Positions 1 through 8,385 of a stretch of 64,000 nt of DNA are shown one piece after another. This stretch comes from Candidatus Poribacteria bacterium (GTDB lineage Bacteria; Poribacteria; WGA-4E; PCPOR2b). Each line of letters starts with the position of its first letter. Positions within the stretch are counted from its first letter, which is position 1. The stretch lies in NCBI GenBank assembly GCA_965208675.1, contig OZ242351.1:768001-832000 (forward strand), in the 5' to 3' direction. The notes under the pieces were generated by a model. It saw only the letters and a program-made list of their open reading frames with translations, made no database searches and was not told the DNA's origin. The translations under genes and the position numbers were made by a program.

Positions 1-297
1 CAAGATTGTCGACAAGTTTATGAACAACCAGATACTTACCATGGCGAGGAGGACTTTGACTACGCTCTTGACCTCTACTTGCCGATAGATTGAGGACAGG
101 AGAAATATAAGCAGCATGGGAACCACAGGATGCAATAGCAGAATCTTTTCCCCACCCGAACCTTTTCCCTCTGGACCGATTAAGTAGGCAAACGCAACCC
201 ACCCCGCGGCAAGCACAACGGTGATAACCGCATAGACGGAACTGTTAGTCGTCCCTTCGTTTGAGTGTGACTTATCGCCAGGGGAACTGTTCGTCAT
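1..297 (-). CDS. Membrane protein, N-terminal part only (runs off left edge); possibly AI-2E/PerM-like transporter
   Basis: Open minus-strand frame from ATG at 297 to the edge (MTNSSPGDK...VYAVITVVLAAGWVAFAYLIG...ILLLHPVVPMLLIFLLSS...VVKVLLAMVSIWLFINLSTIL) with three hydrophobic helices. Not in the ORF track because it has no stop in the window. Family assignment is a guess. Confidence 0.55.
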   Translation of the reverse strand, partial: MTNSSPGDKSHSNEGTTNSSVYAVITVVLAAGWVAFAYLIGPEGKGSGGEKILLLHPVVPMLLIFLLSSIYRQVEVKSVVKVLLAMVSIWLFINLSTIL

Positions 298-533
298 ACG
301 GGAGTTCTGAATACCTTTTTTTCAGGTGTGTTTCAAATGAGCGGAGTGGTACTATTGCATTCTGAGCCGACGTTAAGCGAACAACGCCGCAATCAAAGTC
401 AAGCAGATTGCGGCAAAAAATGGCACAACCCTGGCCATCACCTAGAGTGTGACTAGAAGTAGCCATTATGGAATCGAAGTTCCTAACAACGCCTTTTTTA
501 ACCGCAACAGATAGGACGAATTTAGAAACTCAT

Positions 534-2144
534 TTAGGCGGTAGCGGCCTCACGTTCCGAAGTACCACCGTTTTCGAGTGTCTCGACAACGCCAGCACCA
601 ACGCTGTCGCCCCAAACATTGACCGTCGTTCGGAATCGGTCTAGCAACCAATCGATTGTCAGAATAAGCCCAATCCCTTCAATCGGCAGGTCGACGGCTC
701 TAAGGACAATAACCATAGTGACAAGCCCAGCCTCGGGAATCCCGGCGGCGCCAATTGCCGCGAGGGTAGCTGTCAGAACAATAACTGTCTGTTCTGCTGG
801 TCCGAGGTGAATTCCGTACACCTGCGCGATAAACATCGCGGCAACTGCTTCATAAAGGGCGGTTCCGTCCATGTTAATCGTAGCGCCGAGCGGCAGGACA
901 AAACTTGCAGTTCGGTTTGAAACCTTATTTTCCTTTTCGACATCCCTCATGGATAACGGCAGCGTCGCAGAAGAGGAGGCCGTCGAAAAAGCGTTCAATA
1001 GCGCGGTACTCATGCCCTTTGCGTACCTTAGTGGATTCCTTCGTGCAATTATTAACAGGATAAGTGGCAATACAACAAAACCGTGTACTCCAAGTCCAAA
1101 CACGACGGTAAAACTATACTTACCGACCGCCATCAGCTCGGGCAGGAAATCCTTAAATCCGCCAGCGTGACCAATACGCCCGGCGACGAGTCCAAAGATG
1201 CCGACGGGGGCGAGAACCATAATCCAGTGCACCAATCTCATCACCGCCTCATTCAAGCCCGAAATAACGCTTATAGCGGGGCGGCCTTGTTCGCCGAGAA
1301 TTGAAAGTGCAGCGCCAATCAATAACGAGAAGAAGATTAGTGGCAAGATATCCATTCGTGCCATTGCGTTGAAGACGTTGTTAGGAATCATTCCTTCTTT
1401 TCCTGTCGATTTGTCTCCAAGCAGCACCTCTTTTAGCGTTCCACCCATATCCCGTTCTTCTTTACCCTGGACTTCTTGCGCAACGGGCAATTTTATCTCA
1501 AGTCCTCTTCCATTCTTCGATAATACAGGATCGGCGGAAACTACTTCTCCGTTCACACGGCGGAACGGCAGATGCTCGCCGCTATCTGTTGCAATATGGA
1601 ACACGCCTTCTGCCCTATTTTTCCAAGATTTCACCGTCGCGGAATTTTTAGTCATGGATTCGATTTCGCCCTCTACTAGTTGATCAGGCAGCCTCAGGAC
1701 GTATTTTTCACTATAACGTGTCCTTTTCCAATGACCGTCTATCAGATTGACGGTACGGTTACCATCACCGCCAAGGGTATACGCCAACTCTGGATTCTTT
1801 TCGCCGTGTGAGATGCCTTTACCGGGTTGAACGATGTTGACCAGAATAATGCCAATCAAGACCGAAATTGCGGTAGTCGCCATATAGTAGAGAACTGTGC
1901 GCCCACCGATGGACCCAAGGTTACGTATATCGCCCAAGCCAGTAATCCCAACAACCATTGAGAGCATGACAAGCGGAACGACAATCATCTTCAGTGCGTT
2001 TAAGAAAATCTCACCGAGAATGGAGGTTTTTGCAGCAATATTGGGCAGCCAACCACCGATTATTATTCCGACGACAATGGCGACTATGATGCCAATGAGG
2101 ATTTTGTGTCCTCCGCTATTTTCGGAATGTGCGTCTTGATTCAT
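534..2144 (-). CDS. Dicarboxylate/amino acid:cation symporter (DAACS/SLC1, GltPh-like, probably Na+-coupled Asp/Glu)
   Basis: Motifs FSTASSSATLP, PLGATINMDGTALYE, AAGIP and DWLLDRFRTTVNVWGD; long extra loop after TM3. Confidence 0.95.
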   Translation of the reverse strand: MNQDAHSENSGGHKILIGIIVAIVVGIIIGGWLPNIAAKTSILGEIFLNALKMIVVPLVMLSMVVGITGLGDIRNLGSIGGRTVLYYMATTAISVLIGIILVNIVQPGKGISHGEKNPELAYTLGGDGNRTVNLIDGHWKRTRYSEKYVLRLPDQLVEGEIESMTKNSATVKSWKNRAEGVFHIATDSGEHLPFRRVNGEVVSADPVLSKNGRGLEIKLPVAQEVQGKEERDMGGTLKEVLLGDKSTGKEGMIPNNVFNAMARMDILPLIFFSLLIGAALSILGEQGRPAISVISGLNEAVMRLVHWIMVLAPVGIFGLVAGRIGHAGGFKDFLPELMAVGKYSFTVVFGLGVHGFVVLPLILLIIARRNPLRYAKGMSTALLNAFSTASSSATLPLSMRDVEKENKVSNRTASFVLPLGATINMDGTALYEAVAAMFIAQVYGIHLGPAEQTVIVLTATLAAIGAAGIPEAGLVTMVIVLRAVDLPIEGIGLILTIDWLLDRFRTTVNVWGDSVGAGVVETLENGGTSEREAATA

Positions 2145-2415
2145 TTGCTAATCTCCAATGTTGACCCCTGAGGGTACAGTGTGAGTTATAATTATTCGCG
2201 GCGTGACCACACTTGCATCGCCCGCTATAATTATACTATTTCCATCGCCTTCTGAAGTTAAAGTCGGACAAGATCGTAGGTTTTGTCCAACGGAAGCGAC
2301 ATTTCAACCAAAGAAACCGATTTTCGCGGAAGGCTGTAGCGGCCGACAAGGTGACTGGCACCTGTCACTCCGGTGAGCCTATGACGTATCGGAATATACT
2401 TCTTATACACCCTTA

Positions 2416-3076
2416 CACATCCTTATATACGCCTTAGAACCTGTTTGAAAAGTCCAAATCCGTCTACCGGACAAGCAATTTTGGGGTAATTGCCTTGAAA
2501 TTCCGATGATTATTGCCCTGAAATGACCAAAAAACGGCTCTGCTACATACATTTCAAACAGGTTCTAAACCACGGTTTTTTTACCTGGTAGCCATTTTAG
2601 ATTGGTTTTCCCGTTATGTGTTGTCATGGGAACTGTCACACTCACTTGATGTATTATTTTGTCTATTGGCTCTGGAACGAACCCTTACTCAATCAAATCT
2701 TTTAATCTTTAACAACGACCAAGGTAGGCAGTGTTCTTCCGAGGCGTTTACTGCTAGACTTGAGGCATCTAACATTGCCATTAGCTGGAACGGCAGAGGC
2801 AGCTATTATGACAATATCTTGATTGAACGACTCTGGCATGGTGTCAAGTATGAGGAGGTATATCTCAACGGCTATGACTCAATGAACACGGCTCAGCGTC
2901 GATTAAGAGATTATTTTAACTTTTACAACCGAGAACGGTCTCATCAATCGATCGGTTGCCGTACGCCCTTCGAGGTGTATTTTCACTAACTTCAGGCGTT
3001 GAAATTTGACCAGAATTAGTCGGACTTTATTGCTTAAATTTCGTGGAATACTGTTTAACGGACGGGGGTAATTTAT
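2416..3076 (+). pseudogene. IS3-family transposase remnant (integrase core), interrupted by a MITE
   Basis: Reads YIRL/NHGF.YLVAILDWFSRYVLSWELS...IFNNDQGRQ...GRGSYYDNILIERLW..VKYEEVYL...YNRERSHQSIG.RTP. 5' part missing, frameshifted; IS3-like right end near 3052-3076. Confidence 0.85.
2437..2565. mobile_element. MITE with IS5 (IS1031-group)-type ends
   Basis: Perfect 17-bp inverted repeat TTAGAACCTGTTTGAAA (2434-2450) / TTTCAAACAGGTTCTAA (2552-2568). The ends differ by one base from the IRs of the IS at 16313-17199. No ORF inside. Confidence 0.85.
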
Positions 3077-3156
3077 CTGTGACGCCGCTTGTTTTGCTTT
3101 TCTTTCTCAATTCGACATTCAAAACTATATCGCAACAGTGACTCCAGGGCTAAACG

Positions 3157-3918
3157 CTAATGTTGCAACGTCTGTGAGATGAAGAGTTTTGTGCGTTCGT
3201 GCTTTGGGTTATCAAAGAACTCCGCAGGGGGGGCTTCCTCTACAATCATTCCTTCGTCGAAGAATAGGATTCGATCTGCGACTTCACGTGCAAATCCCAT
3301 TTCGTGCGTAACAACAAGCATTGTCATACCGGAGTGTGCGAGTTCACGCATCACATCAAGGACTTCTGTGATCATTTCGGGGTCGAGTGCGCTTGTCGGT
3401 TCATCGAAAAGCATTATCTTTGGCTCCATCGCCAACGCTCTAGCGATTGCGACACGCTGCTGTTGTCCACCAGATATTTCTGCGGGGTACTTGGACGCTT
3501 GATCCGCAATATCCACCCGTTCTAGAAGTGATAAGGCCATTTCTTCTGCCTCACTCTTCGACATCTTTCTGACTCGGATCGGCCCTAAGGTTATATTTTG
3601 TAGGTTCGTCAGGTGCGGAAATAGGTTGAATTGTTGAAAAACCATACCGACTTCTTGACGGATAAGATTGATTTTACGGAGGTCGTCACTGAGCTCTACG
3701 CCATCAACGATAATTGTGCCGCGCTGATGTTCCTCCAATCGGTTTAACGATCTGATGAATGTCGATTTCCCTGATCCAGAGGGACCGCATATTACGGCTC
3801 TTTCGCCTTTTTGGAACGAAGTCGTAATTCCCCTGAGGACGTGGAAATCGTCAAACCATTTGTGTACATCCTCACAGGTGATGATTGGATCGTTCGATGC
3901 GTTTTCAAGATTAGCCAT
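3157..3918 (-). CDS. aapP: Polar amino acid ABC transporter ATP-binding protein (AapP/BztD type)
   Basis: Walker [46 protein letters not shown]. Confidence 0.93.
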   Translation of the reverse strand: MANLENASNDPIITCEDVHKWFDDFHVLRGITTSFQKGERAVICGPSGSGKSTFIRSLNRLEEHQRGTIIVDGVELSDDLRKINLIRQEVGMVFQQFNLFPHLTNLQNITLGPIRVRKMSKSEAEEMALSLLERVDIADQASKYPAEISGGQQQRVAIARALAMEPKIMLFDEPTSALDPEMITEVLDVMRELAHSGMTMLVVTHEMGFAREVADRILFFDEGMIVEEAPPAEFFDNPKHERTKLFISQTLQH

Positions 3919-3936
3919 CTCTTTATATTCCTTTTT

Positions 3937-4053
3937 AATAGCCGTCAGCCGTTAGCAATCAGTTGTCAGCCAGAGAGGGTTTTGGAAATTTTAAGAGTTT
4001 GTAACGGGCGCGACAATCTACTGACTACTGAATGCCGAGAATTGATGGCTATT
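3937..4053. repeat. Intergenic element flanked by inverted, degenerate heptamer-like repeats
   Basis: AATAGCCGTCAGCCGTTAGCAATCAGTTGTCAGC ... CTGACTACTGAATGCCGAGAATTGATGGCTATT; the terminal 11-mers are inverted (10/11 match). Confidence 0.55.
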
Positions 4054-4054
4054 C

Positions 4055-5263
4055 CTAAGTTTTTCCAACACCGAGTGATGTCTCGATTTGTTGGCTCACA
4101 TAAGACATCAAATAACAGAATACAAAATAGATTACCGCGACGAATAGGTATACTTCAGCTTGAAGTCCAAGCCAGTCAGGATTGGCAATAACGATTTTCG
4201 CTATGCCCAAAAGATCCAGCAGACCGACAATTGTAACGAGAGATGTATCCTTGAAAAGTGCTATGAATTGTCCAACAATCGCGGGTATGACTGACCGAAG
4301 TGCTTGCGGTAGGACGATAAACAGTGTTGACTGCACGTAGTTGAGTCCTAATGCTTGTGCTGCCTCATGTTGCCCTTTCGGAATTGCTTGAAGTCCACCT
4401 CGCACGTTCTCCGCCATGTAAGCGGCGGAGAAAAATGTTAGTGCCAACATGGCACGTAAGACTTTGTCGAGACGAACATCCGGCATGAAAATGGGAATCA
4501 TAATTTGTGCCATGAACAGAATTGTTATTAACGGCACGCCGCGAATTATCTCAATATAGGCAATCGAGACCCATTTGACAGCCGGTAAAGTGCTCCGCCG
4601 TCCTAATGCCAGCAGGACTCCGATAGGAAAACAGAAGCAGATACCGACAGCCGCCAAAATTAGCGTCAGAAGGAGTCCACCCCAATTCGTAGTGGGAACA
4701 GCGTTCTCGCCGAAGCCCCGTAGCATTATCAGCGTCCAAGGAAAAGAGAGTATCCATCCCACGAGGACCCAATGGCGCATTTTGAGTAAAAAGTCTCGAC
4801 AACGGATCCCAACGAAAAATAGAACTGCGATCAAGGCTACGCCGCCCAGTATCCACCCTCGAGTTGTCCAACTGAAGGTTGTCATGTCAACCGGCAGAAG
4901 GGTACATACGATTCCGGCCCCTCCAATACTGACGGCAAATCTGAGTGCCAGTCCACCCCAAATGCCGCCGCTTAGCCCCGCCAAGACACATACCGTATAA
5001 AGCACAATCCAGACCCGCCATATTTCGGTTTTCGGATAAGGACCGACTAAAAAGAGTCGCAGGTTGGCAGGGATAACATCCCAATTTGCATCTGTGAATG
5101 CCCAAACCAAAATCCCCTTCAGGACAAAGTACACAATGCCCAAGGCGAAAAGGGTTAATAAGGTGTTGTACCATGTACTAAAAAGGTTTTCCTTAAGCCA
5201 CGGCAACACCGCTTTTGAGCTATGAGGTGGTTTAACTTCTTGCGTATGTTCTAACTCAGACAC
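4055..5263 (-). CDS. aapM: Amino acid ABC transporter permease (AapM/BztC type)
   Basis: WLKENLFSTWYN, WGGLLLTL, RGVPLITILF, AENVRGGLQAIPKGQHEAAQALGL. Confidence 0.92.
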   Translation of the reverse strand: MSELEHTQEVKPPHSSKAVLPWLKENLFSTWYNTLLTLFALGIVYFVLKGILVWAFTDANWDVIPANLRLFLVGPYPKTEIWRVWIVLYTVCVLAGLSGGIWGGLALRFAVSIGGAGIVCTLLPVDMTTFSWTTRGWILGGVALIAVLFFVGIRCRDFLLKMRHWVLVGWILSFPWTLIMLRGFGENAVPTTNWGGLLLTLILAAVGICFCFPIGVLLALGRRSTLPAVKWVSIAYIEIIRGVPLITILFMAQIMIPIFMPDVRLDKVLRAMLALTFFSAAYMAENVRGGLQAIPKGQHEAAQALGLNYVQSTLFIVLPQALRSVIPAIVGQFIALFKDTSLVTIVGLLDLLGIAKIVIANPDWLGLQAEVYLFVAVIYFVFCYLMSYVSQQIETSLGVGKT

Positions 5264-5293
5264 TTTTTGGTGTTCCTTTTACCTGTTGCCCTG

Positions 5294-6448
5294 TTATCGT
5301 CCAATACGGTTAATCCAGCGGTTGTACCAATTCATGCCCGCCGATGTTGTCAAGCTCATGATTAGGTAACTCACCATAATCATAGCGAACACAGGTATAG
5401 ATTGCCCCGTTTGAAGCATCATAGTATGACCGATACTAAACATATCAGGGAACCCAATCGCAATCGCTAAACTTGAGTTTTTGGCGAGGTTCAAATACTG
5501 GCTGGTGAGCGGCGGTACGATAATCGGGACCGCTTGGGGCAGAACGACTAAGCGTAATGTTTGTCCTTCACTTAAACCTACCGCTCTAGCTGCTTCTCGT
5601 TGTCCCTTTACAACGGCTTGTATCCCGCTTCTCACGATTTCGGCGATGAATGCGCCTGTATAAACAGACAGCCCGATTAAAAGTGCAGAGAACTCGGGGG
5701 ACAGGTTCACTCCCCCGACAAAGTTGAAACCCTTCAAAACCGGAAAATCGAGCGTAAATGGCTTTTCAGGTGTTAGAAACCATCCCAAAATGGCTACGAT
5801 TAGAAAGCCGGGAAGCGCCCACTTGGCTCGAAAGCCGGGGCGTTCTAACCGTCGAAGTTGCCGCCAGCGCACGATGTAAAGAACTGCTGCCAAGATTAGA
5901 CCTGCGAGAAGGAATCCGCTCCATATTTTCAAGCTAGCAGTAGGTTCAGGTGAGGGGAAATAGAGCCCCCGTTGATTAATGAACACACCTCCGGCTAGTG
6001 ATATGCTCTCTCCGACTCTCGGGAGTTTCAGGATTACAGCACTGTACCAAAACAGTATTTGAAGGAGGAGTGGAATGTTGCGGAAACATTCAACGTAAAC
6101 GGCGGCTAAGGTTCGGATTAACCAGTTGCTGGAGAGGCGGGAGATGCCGGCAATAAACCCCAAAATCGTCGCGCAAATAATTCCTATGAAACTCACCTTT
6201 AGGGTGTTTACCACGCCCACCCAGAACGCTTTGAGGTACGTTTCTGAGGGTGAATATTCAATCCCTTCAGAGATGTCAAAACCGGCTTCATTCCCCAAAA
6301 AGTCAAGGTTGAGCGTTAACCCGAGCTTGCTCAACCCTCTTAACATGTTTGTGTAAAGAAGCCCCGCCAGCAGAACGACGCCTATAAGGAAAAGGATTTG
6401 GAGCAGCACACGCAGGACGCGGACATCTCGCCAAAAGGGAATGTTCAT
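5294..6448 (-). CDS. aapQ: Amino acid ABC transporter permease (AapQ/BztB type)
   Basis: FRNIPLLLQILFWY, AEIVRSGIQAV.KGQ.EAA, SQYLNLAKNSSLAIAIG. Confidence 0.92.
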   Translation of the reverse strand: MNIPFWRDVRVLRVLLQILFLIGVVLLAGLLYTNMLRGLSKLGLTLNLDFLGNEAGFDISEGIEYSPSETYLKAFWVGVVNTLKVSFIGIICATILGFIAGISRLSSNWLIRTLAAVYVECFRNIPLLLQILFWYSAVILKLPRVGESISLAGGVFINQRGLYFPSPEPTASLKIWSGFLLAGLILAAVLYIVRWRQLRRLERPGFRAKWALPGFLIVAILGWFLTPEKPFTLDFPVLKGFNFVGGVNLSPEFSALLIGLSVYTGAFIAEIVRSGIQAVVKGQREAARAVGLSEGQTLRLVVLPQAVPIIVPPLTSQYLNLAKNSSLAIAIGFPDMFSIGHTMMLQTGQSIPVFAMIMVSYLIMSLTTSAGMNWYNRWINRIGR

Positions 6449-6476
6449 AGGCTATTATAGTGGTGCCATGGTTTCT

Positions 6477-6508
6477 GATGAATACCTCAGTTGGCTGAGG
6501 TATTCATC
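6477..6508. terminator. Perfect 14-bp hairpin between aapJ and aapQ (attenuator or mRNA-stabilising element)
   Basis: GATGAATACCTCAG-TTGG-CTGAGGTATTCATC. Confidence 0.65.
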
Positions 6509-6540
6509 CGGTTATTTTCTTCTCTATGAGCAGTTTGCCC

Positions 6541-7557
6541 TTAACGGAACGGCATGGCGTAAAGCAGCCCACCTCGTGTCCACGGTTCGTTGACCCCGCG
6601 GGGCAAGCCAAGCGGTGTGAGATTGCGTTCAAAGATTTCGCCATAGTTGCCAACAGCATTGATTACTTGATGTGCCCAATCCCGTGATACACCGAGTTGT
6701 TTGCCTGTATCGCCGGATTTACCTAAAAATCGTTTAATCTCAGGGTTCCCGGTTTCAAAAGTGTTTAAATTGGCTTGTGTGATTCCGTGTTCTTCGGCGA
6801 AGAAGGTCGCATAAACCACCCAACTTACCACATCGTTCCACTTGTTATCACCGTGAACGGTGACGGGCCCCAACGGTTCTTTTGAGATTGTCGCATCAAG
6901 GATAACGTGCGCCTCCGGGTCCTTGAGAACTTGGCGGCGTGCTACTAATTGCGACTTATCAGAGGTCACGACGTCACAGCGTCCCTGTTCATAACTGTTG
7001 TAAAGGGTATCAATTTCTTCAAAGACGACTGGATTAAAGTCGATGCCTAAGGCTCGCATCGTATCCGTCAAATTTAGTTCGGTGGTGCTACCCGCAGTTA
7101 CACCGATACTCGCGCCTGCCAATTCCTCTAATGAGGTAATATTTAGAGCTTTGGGGAGCATAAATCCCTGCCCGTCATAGAAGGTTGGCGGTGCAAAGTC
7201 TGCGCCGACTTGGGTGTCACGGGTGAGCGTCCACGTGGTGTTGCGGATTAAGACATCTATCTCGCCTGTTTGTAGCGCCGGGAAACGTTCAGGTGCTTTC
7301 AAGGGGACGAATTCAACTTTGTCCGGATTACCGAGGACAGCGGCAGCGATCGCCCTACCATAGTCTGCATCGAAACCGCTCCACTTTCCATCTTCACTTA
7401 AGAAACTGAAGCCGGATAACCCCCCGTGGACCCCGCATATCAGTTTTCCTCTCTTTTTAACTCTGTCAAGAATACTCTCCTCACCTTGAGCGAGTCCTGG
7501 AACTACCAAGGTAATCGCTAAAACCAATGTAAAAACGCGACACAAAAATTTACGCAC
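6541..7557 (-). CDS. aapJ: Amino acid ABC transporter substrate-binding protein (AapJ/BztA type)
   Basis: Signal peptide; RNTTWTLTRD, FYDGQGFM, ISKEPLGP, VGNYGEIFERN; AAGGAAGG RBS before the GTG start. Confidence 0.93.
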   Translation of the reverse strand: MRKFLCRVFTLVLAITLVVPGLAQGEESILDRVKKRGKLICGVHGGLSGFSFLSEDGKWSGFDADYGRAIAAAVLGNPDKVEFVPLKAPERFPALQTGEIDVLIRNTTWTLTRDTQVGADFAPPTFYDGQGFMLPKALNITSLEELAGASIGVTAGSTTELNLTDTMRALGIDFNPVVFEEIDTLYNSYEQGRCDVVTSDKSQLVARRQVLKDPEAHVILDATISKEPLGPVTVHGDNKWNDVVSWVVYATFFAEEHGITQANLNTFETGNPEIKRFLGKSGDTGKQLGVSRDWAHQVINAVGNYGEIFERNLTPLGLPRGVNEPWTRGGLLYAMPFR

Positions 7558-7922
7558 AGAAATCCCTTCCTTTTTCGGTATGCCCCCTATTGTAGAGGTC
7601 GTTTAGCTGAAATACCTTGATTTAAGGTCTATTATCATTCCTAACAACTCAAAGTTTCTCCTTTGCTCCGTTGTAAGATTGTTTGTTACGCTCTAATACA
7701 ACACAACGCCAAAGAATTCGCACACAAAGATAACGATGACGACAAGGTGCATTGCCCTTCTCAACAAGATTGTTACAGTATTCCTTTCTCGTTTTAACCT
7801 AAATCGTTCTCGGATATGGAAACAATGTACTACTATAGCATATCGATTTTTATTGTGCCATAAAAACTTCTCCCGTGACGTACGATTGCAAATAGTAGAT
7901 TAATCCGATCAAGTTTCTACAT

Positions 7923-8332
7923 CAGCCAATCCATTAAGGCAACTTAACTGGCGGCGACTCAAGGAATTAATGGTCAAAGTTATTGACGCCAATGTCCGTG
8001 ATAATCAGATAGGCATCGAGTTACTAACGGAAGTGTTTAACCGGTACGTAACCATTCTGATGGTGTGTGCCGATGCTGCCTATCGCAAAGAATCGCAAGA
8101 CTGGTTATATTTTGCTCACCAATGTCAATTGGGGATTGCATCTACACTAGGACAGCAGAGGTTTGAAGTTTTCCTGTCACGATGGATAGTTGATCGCACA
8201 TTTTTTTGGCTTGGTTGATGTTGTCGATTGACTTTGGATTATGAACGATATCCTAACACTGCTGAGACTATGGTATACATCGCTTCCATTTACTTGATGC
8301 AAAATCGAATTAAATGATGTTCAAAAAGGCTC
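7923..8332 (+). pseudogene. Decayed, 5'-truncated copy of the IS5-family element at 16313-17199
   Basis: Clear nucleotide similarity to 16723-17199 including the degenerate right IR TTCAAAAAGGCTC; internal stops and a 65-bp deletion. Confidence 0.9.
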
Positions 8333-8385
8333 TTAAAGATTCAATTTTCGATTTGTTTAGCGAGATTGTATCCTTCCGGTCGCTC

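Noticed and set aside
1-466. Plus-strand ORF end at 1-93 and the 64-aa minus ORF at 272-466
   Set aside because: The minus-strand membrane-protein frame 297 to 1 explains the region better; the other frames show no recognisable motifs.
2395-2436. Short ~10-bp tandem repeats (CTTATACAC-like)
   Set aside because: Only 3-4 degenerate units, partly explained by IS3 remnant coding sequence.
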